From Ekhidna sp. (GTDB lineage Bacteria; Bacteroidota; Bacteroidia; Cytophagales; Cyclobacteriaceae): a stretch of 64,000 bases of DNA. How positions within the stretch are numbered: the first letter of the stretch is position 1; each line of letters begins with the position of its first letter. The notes beneath the pieces were generated by a model, which saw only the letters and a program-made list of their open reading frames with translations, did not search any database and was not told where the DNA came from. Below are positions 59,015 through 64,000 of this stretch, piece by piece. The position numbers and the translations under genes were made by a program. The stretch lies in assembly GCF_039960695.1 (NCBI RefSeq), contig NZ_JBDVKP010000003.1:6010-70009 (forward strand). Direction: 5' to 3'.

Positions 59015-59851
59015 TTACTCTTTTACAATTGTTGCATTTAAAATTCTCACATCCTCAAGCGGCCTATTTAGCGGATTGGTAGCCACAGCAGCTATAGAGT
59101 CGATTACAGCAAGTCCTGAAACTACCTCTCCAAAAACCGTATAGTTCTGATCCAGGTGCGGAGTTCCTCCAATGGTTTCATAAACTTCACGATGTTCTTT
59201 CGGAATTTGATACTTTTCATAGTCTTCATAGTCTTTTGCCAGTTCATAAAACCGACTGTTTATACGGTTGATTGTTCGCCAATCTTCATTTTCAAATGCA
59301 ATTAACAAAGAGTCTAAGTCTGCTCTATACGCTGAGTCGTGAATGATATGATATTCAGCTAGCCAACCATTGATTCGAGTTTCTGCCTGGTTGAGCAAAC
59401 TGTCGTTGAATACCTTGCCCTGCACAATGTAGAATTGGGTGCTACTGGAAACTCGACCCGGATGGCCACCGCGCGCGGCAGCAAGCACACCTTTCTTGTG
59501 AAAAAGTTTTGAAGTGATTTCAGCTGGCACATTGTATGGAAGATCGCCGTTTCCTAACGTGTCGCCAGGCTGAGCAGTTTTGCTATTAGTATCACCACCT
59601 TGTATCATGAAGTTTTCAATCACACGGTGAAAGAGTAGACTATCCAATACGCCATCATTTACAATCTTGATGAAATTGTCTCTATGTAGAGGTGTTTCAT
59701 TGTAGAGCTGTAAGACGATCTCGCCTTTTGTTGTAATTAGCTTAATTTTTGTAAGCGGAGTAGTTTGGGTTTCTTTTTGATTTGGTGAACATGCAATTAG
59801 AAGTACAAGGAAAAGAATGGTTAGGTATTTCATGGTTTTGGACGTTTTCAT
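59015..59851 (-). CDS. peptidylprolyl isomerase (cyclophilin type), lipoprotein
   Basis: It has a lipobox-like LLIACS and the motif FHRVIENFMIQGGD. Confidence 0.88.
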   Translation of the reverse strand: MKTSKTMKYLTILFLVLLIACSPNQKETQTTPLTKIKLITTKGEIVLQLYNETPLHRDNFIKIVNDGVLDSLLFHRVIENFMIQGGDTNSKTAQPGDTLGNGDLPYNVPAEITSKLFHKKGVLAAARGGHPGRVSSSTQFYIVQGKVFNDSLLNQAETRINGWLAEYHIIHDSAYRADLDSLLIAFENEDWRTINRINSRFYELAKDYEDYEKYQIPKEHREVYETIGGTPHLDQNYTVFGEVVSGLAVIDSIAAVATNPLNRPLEDVRILNATIVKE

Positions 59852-59887
59852 GAGGAAGATAGGGATTTTAGAAAACTAAGTCTGATG

Positions 59888-60361
59888 TTATTTCTCGAAG
59901 ATTTGGATCCTGTTTCCATCAGGATCTGTAATTATGATCATTTTCTTACCTGTTAATGGATCAGAAACGATATTTCCAGAGAAGCTAGCTTTTGATTTCT
60001 CCAGATGGTCTATCCATTTTTCAAAGTCGCTCACTTTAAATCCAATCTTGAAAAATCCATTCATTCGGGTCTTCTTTGTGAAGTTTGGAAGTACATCTTT
60101 CGGTTGAACTGCCCGATCAAGTTGAATCAGCTCTAACAAGATTCCATTTCTATTTAGATTCGATTGCCTGAAACCACGTTCTTCTGAGTCAACCCTGTTT
60201 TGAATTTCAAATCCCAGTACTGTTGAGTACCAATTAATAGAAGAGTCTATATCGGCAACAATGATTGCGGAGAAATAGGCATCCAAAGTAAGTTCTGGTT
60301 TTTCCTGAGCATAACCCAGATAGGAAGTACAAAGTATCGCAAGAGTGAATATCTTTTTCAT
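59888..60361 (-). CDS. secreted VOC-family protein
   Basis: It has the signal peptide MKKIFTLAILCTSYLGYAQ and a VOC fold pattern. I prefer the ATG at 60361. Confidence 0.65.
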   Translation of the reverse strand: MKKIFTLAILCTSYLGYAQEKPELTLDAYFSAIIVADIDSSINWYSTVLGFEIQNRVDSEERGFRQSNLNRNGILLELIQLDRAVQPKDVLPNFTKKTRMNGFFKIGFKVSDFEKWIDHLEKSKASFSGNIVSDPLTGKKMIIITDPDGNRIQIFEK

Positions 60362-60399
60362 GTTGAGTGAAGTCACCCTTCAATATATATCGTTTTCAC

Positions 60400-62226
60400 T
60401 TAAAGCTCCTCCAGCTCTTCTCGATACCCACCACTCAAAATAGGGAATCGATACCATGAGCGAGGATCAATATTGAAGTCATCGTAGTGAAAGCTTGGCG
60501 CATAGCGCTCGCGCTTCCACTGATTTCTTGTCCAAAGTCGATAGAACTTTTTGATCCAATCTTTGAGCCTTTCAGAAGCATAATCCGCTTCTAACGATTT
60601 GAAAACTTGCGTTGGCGATTGACCGTTAAGGATTGCTTCTCTTTCAATTTTCACCAGGACTTCATATGGCATCAAGTCTTCCTCATCTGTCTGATGTTGA
60701 TCTTCCGGTCTAAGTTCAGCCGTTGGGGTTAGACTGTTTACGTCTTTTAATCCCGAAAATTCTAACTCATTTTCTGCATACTTCAACCATTGAAGCACAA
60801 AGTGCTTATCTACACCGGCAATGGGAGAGATGCTCCCGCTCGTATCTCCATCCATCGTTGCGTAGCCTACATCTCCTTCGCTACGGTTCGAGGTGGCCAA
60901 CAATAGTTTGCTTTCAAGATTGGCCAGCATCCATATGATAGGAGAGCGCGCACGCGCCTGGATATTTTGAAGGGTAATATCATCTTGCTTCCAGGTGAGT
61001 TTCCTTCCAATAGCATCTTCTATTGTGGAACGATATTCATTCACCTCACTATCAATGTTCCAATTGTAAAACGTAGCACCTAAACTAGCAGCAAGATTTT
61101 TTGCGGAATTGAATGTTGCTTCGGAGGAGTTTCCAGTAGCCTGATATGCTGTTGTAAGTAGTTGTTTCGTAATTTCTTTTGCGGTCTCACCGGCTAAATC
61201 AAAACCCAGTTTTCTTTCCAGTCCTTCTTTCCCTAGTTGTTTCAGTCCTGTACGTATAGCAAAGCTCACCAATGTGGCAATTGAGCTAGAGTCAGCGCCA
61301 CCACTTAGCGATAAAACGAATCCTTTACTTCCACTTTTTCTGCAATAGTCAAATAACGCTAAAGATGCAGCGTGAGCAAATTCTTCATTTTGATTTTTAT
61401 AATCTTCCTTGATATTAGCTACAGAAGTATTGGTGTCAAAGTCTACATCAACTGCAAGCAAACGATAATCGTGAAACCAAAGCCGATGGTTTCGGCCAAT
61501 CAAGTTTCCTTTTTGAGCAATGAGCACGTCACCATCATAGATCATGCGGCCAGCTTCATTGCCTAGTAGATTGGCATATAAATAGACACAATCAAATTGT
61601 CTGGAGCTTTGGGTGACCAAATTTTCCCGAAATTGTGCTTTTTTGAATGCAAAATGCGAAGCGCTTGGATTGAGCACCAGGTCTACCTTTTTAGTGAGAT
61701 GCCCACATGGCCGATCAGGTTGCCAGGCATCTTCGCAAATCTCAAAACCGATAGAAATATTTTGAATATCGCATGTGATATGCCCCAAAGGATACTCTTT
61801 GCCATCTATCTGAATACGTGTTACTTTCTCTGAAGGCCAGGGTGAAAACCATCGAGGTTCGTAGTGAACTCCATCGTTGGCAAGCTTTTGTTTGGCGTAA
61901 AGTCCAAGAATTAAACCATCCGAAAGGAGGCATGTAGTATTATAAATTCGGTCTTCAAATCGGACCGGTAGTCCTACAGTGACTGCTATTCCCTTTGAGT
62001 GAGGTATTATTTCCTTCAGTTTTTCGAGTGCTGTTTCAGGCAACCATTGACTCAGGAACAAATCTTCACAACCATACCCTGTGATGCACAACTCGGGTAG
62101 GCACAGAATATCTACACCTTCTTTTTTGGCATCCTCAATAGCGGAAACAATGTTGCGAAGGTTAATGGTCCAATCGATGGGTGTCTGATTGAGACATGCA
62201 CCAGCTAGTTTCAGTTTGCGACTCAT
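60400..62226 (-). CDS. nadE: glutamine-dependent NAD+ synthetase
   Basis: It has an N-terminal CN-hydrolase domain (FEICEDAW) and a C-terminal PP-loop (LSLSGGADSS). Confidence 0.9.
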   Translation of the reverse strand: MSRKLKLAGACLNQTPIDWTINLRNIVSAIEDAKKEGVDILCLPELCITGYGCEDLFLSQWLPETALEKLKEIIPHSKGIAVTVGLPVRFEDRIYNTTCLLSDGLILGLYAKQKLANDGVHYEPRWFSPWPSEKVTRIQIDGKEYPLGHITCDIQNISIGFEICEDAWQPDRPCGHLTKKVDLVLNPSASHFAFKKAQFRENLVTQSSRQFDCVYLYANLLGNEAGRMIYDGDVLIAQKGNLIGRNHRLWFHDYRLLAVDVDFDTNTSVANIKEDYKNQNEEFAHAASLALFDYCRKSGSKGFVLSLSGGADSSSIATLVSFAIRTGLKQLGKEGLERKLGFDLAGETAKEITKQLLTTAYQATGNSSEATFNSAKNLAASLGATFYNWNIDSEVNEYRSTIEDAIGRKLTWKQDDITLQNIQARARSPIIWMLANLESKLLLATSNRSEGDVGYATMDGDTSGSISPIAGVDKHFVLQWLKYAENELEFSGLKDVNSLTPTAELRPEDQHQTDEEDLMPYEVLVKIEREAILNGQSPTQVFKSLEADYASERLKDWIKKFYRLWTRNQWKRERYAPSFHYDDFNIDPRSWYRFPILSGGYREELEEL

Positions 62227-62948
62227 TGGCCTAAGTTAAGTTGCTCGTAGGTCTTTTGAGCGGCATCTTGCTCTGCTTTTTTCTTACTGAAGCCAAAGCC
62301 TTTAGACATGGCTTGATCATTAATGAAAACTTGTGCAGTAAATTTCCGATCTTCTTCATCAATAATCTCAAATCGTAAATCTTTGTTTTCTTTTTGAGAC
62401 CACTCTAGCAAGCGACTCTTAAAATTTGTGATTTTAGAAATAAGCTCATCCAGATCATAATGTGGCTTTACAAGCTTTTTGATTACAAATTTTTTGCTGT
62501 ATTCAAATCCATGATCTAGATATACGGCACCAATTAATGCCTCCATGCAGTCTCCATAGACGGAGCGATGTGCCCGTGAGTTTTGATTGTATTGAACGAG
62601 TTCTTTAAGTCCAATTTTTTGCCCCAGTCGATTCAGGGATTCACGATTCACAATCTTGGCCCTTATCTCTGTTAGAAATCCTTCTTCTTTGAATGGATAC
62701 GTCATGTAGAGATATTCAGCTACAATCATTCCCAGAATGGCATCTCCGAGGTATTCCAGTCGCTCATAGGAGTTTTTTATTCCTTGCTCGTTTACTGAAG
62801 CTACGCTACTGTGGCGCATGGCTTGATTATATAAGGCAAGGTTGATAGGAGATCTACCAGTAATCAATCGAAAAGATTGTCGAAGTTTTTTTTCGGATTT
62901 AAGAGAATTAAGAAGTCGGCCCGATAATCTTTTCGGAAACGAAGACAC
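62223..62948 (-). CDS. rnc: ribonuclease III
   Basis: It has the ERLEYLGDAILG signature and a C-terminal dsRBD. Confidence 0.93.
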   Translation of the reverse strand: MSSFPKRLSGRLLNSLKSEKKLRQSFRLITGRSPINLALYNQAMRHSSVASVNEQGIKNSYERLEYLGDAILGMIVAEYLYMTYPFKEEGFLTEIRAKIVNRESLNRLGQKIGLKELVQYNQNSRAHRSVYGDCMEALIGAVYLDHGFEYSKKFVIKKLVKPHYDLDELISKITNFKSRLLEWSQKENKDLRFEIIDEEDRKFTAQVFINDQAMSKGFGFSKKKAEQDAAQKTYEQLNLGQ

Positions 62949-64000
62949 TAGCCGTTGTATTTGCCGATGATGATTGAGGTGTTATGACCACCAAATCCAA
63001 ATGTGTTGCTCATGGCAATATTCACTTCTCTTTCTTGCGCTTTATTAAAGGTAAGATTTAGATTCGGATCTATTTCCGGATCATCAGTGAAGTGATTAAT
63101 CGTTGGAGGAACGATTCCTTTTTCTATTGCCATCAGGCAAGCGATAAATTCCACCGCCCCTGCGGCACCTAATAGGTGTCCGGTCATTGACTTGGTAGAA
63201 CTGATGTTCATTTTTTCAGCATTACCTCCAAAAACACGCTGTGCAGCTTTGATTTCTCCTGCATCTCCAAGCGGAGTAGATGTTCCGTGCGTATTTAGAT
63301 AATCAATTTTATCTGCTGTTAGCCGTGCATCCTCAAGTGCATTTTTCATTACGAGCTCTATGCCTGTTCCTTCAGGGTGTGGCTGTGTGATGTGATAGGC
63401 ATCTGCAGACATGCCGCTTCCAAGTATTTCTCCGTAAATTCTTGCTCCTCTCGCTTTGGCATGTTCTAATTCTTCAAGCATGATTGCCCCGGCTCCCTCA
63501 CCCAACACAAATCCATCTCTGTCTTTGTCATAAGGTCTGGATGCGGTTTCTGGAGAATCGTTTCTCTCCGAAAGAGCTTTCATTGCATTGAACCCTCCGA
63601 TTCCAGCTTGAATTACACCCGCTTCAGATCCTCCAGTCAGGATTGCATTTGCCTTCCCAAGTTGGATGTATGAATATGCGTCTGTAATTGCGTTGTTTGA
63701 AGAAGCGCATGCAGAAACGGTGGCAAAATTTGGCCCCATGAATCCATATTTAATGGATAAAAGCCCCGGTGTAATATCCGGTATCATCTTAGGTACAAAG
63801 AATGGATTGAATCGTGGAGTCCCATCTCCGTTGGCAAAGTTTATCATTTCATCCTGAAATGTGCTAAATCCACCAATACCGGATCCCCAGATTACACCGA
63901 TGCGAGTTTTATCAACCCTATCAAGATCCATTCCTGAGTCTTGAATAGCCTGCTCGCCAGTAACCATCCCATATTGGGTGTTGGGATCCATTTTCCGGGC
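62948..64000 (-). CDS. fabF: beta-ketoacyl-ACP synthase II, N-terminus beyond the window edge
   Basis: It has the active-site Cys (SACASSNNAI) plus HGTSTPLGD and GHLLGAAG. The frame stays open to nt 64000 (..ARKMDP..). Confidence 0.93.
   Translation of the reverse strand, partial: ARKMDPNTQYGMVTGEQAIQDSGMDLDRVDKTRIGVIWGSGIGGFSTFQDEMINFANGDGTPRFNPFFVPKMIPDITPGLLSIKYGFMGPNFATVSACASSNNAITDAYSYIQLGKANAILTGGSEAGVIQAGIGGFNAMKALSERNDSPETASRPYDKDRDGFVLGEGAGAIMLEELEHAKARGARIYGEILGSGMSADAYHITQPHPEGTGIELVMKNALEDARLTADKIDYLNTHGTSTPLGDAGEIKAAQRVFGGNAEKMNISSTKSMTGHLLGAAGAVEFIACLMAIEKGIVPPTINHFTDDPEIDPNLNLTFNKAQEREVNIAMSNTFGFGGHNTSIIIGKYNG

Noticed and set aside
1-64000. Search for CRISPR arrays, IS elements or transposases, integrases, prophage genes, restriction-modification or other defence modules, and rRNA genes.
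   Set aside because: I found no spaced direct-repeat arrays, and no ORF with transposase, integrase, nuclease-helicase or methylase motifs. Gene content is core metabolism, division and envelope.

Overview
This is a chromosomal, mostly housekeeping window from a Bacteroidota genome, probably Cytophagia- or Flavobacteriia-like and possibly marine. Supporting features are a T9SS type-B C-terminal sorting domain, a Bacteroidetes-type sdhCAB operon, Na+-NQR, TAnnTTTG -7 promoter boxes and frequent ATGA/TAATG gene coupling.

Gene layout:
- 1-9.9 kb: distal dcw cluster mraY-(122-aa extra ORF)-murD-ftsW-murG-murC-ftsQ-ftsA-ftsZ.
- 10-17.3 kb: a PlsC-type acyltransferase and two paralogous ~800-aa fused FtsX/MacB-type permeases flanking a thioredoxin-fold gene.
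- 18.2-21.7 kb: sdhCAB.
- 21.9-24.7 kb: a 939-aa T9SS-sorted surface protein.
- 24.7-27.7 kb: a DCC-family gene, fabD, an unlisted 50-aa ORF, cmk and ispH.
- 27.9-32.5 kb: nqrABCDE, ending in a tandem terminator with no nqrF.
- 32.6-42.1 kb: a looser stretch of envelope, hypothetical and regulator genes. These are an OM beta-barrel, DUF547, a CPBP protease, a thrombospondin-type-3-repeat lipoprotein, VanZ, a repeat protein with a K-channel-like pore, an HExxH protein, VOC, AraC and Crp.
- 42.3-48.7 kb: lrp-sufBCDSE-DUF59-bacilliredoxin.
- 48.8-48.9 kb: an atypical ~147-nt tRNA-like gene.
- 49-52.8 kb: fadD, a DUF3078 barrel and a fatty-acid hydroxylase.
- 52.8-64 kb: MscS, a ComEA-like HhH domain fused to a beta-barrel plus a PorV/PorQ-like barrel, a MORN protein, a POTRA/Omp85 protein, yidD, a cyclophilin, VOC, nadE, rnc and fabF (partial).

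I found no CRISPR array, transposase, integrase, restriction, toxin or other defence-type module, and no rRNA. The most unusual object is the tRNA-like gene, which has a rod-like ~78-nt variable region and a non-class-II anticodon.

All family names come from motifs I recognise in the translations. No database search was possible.
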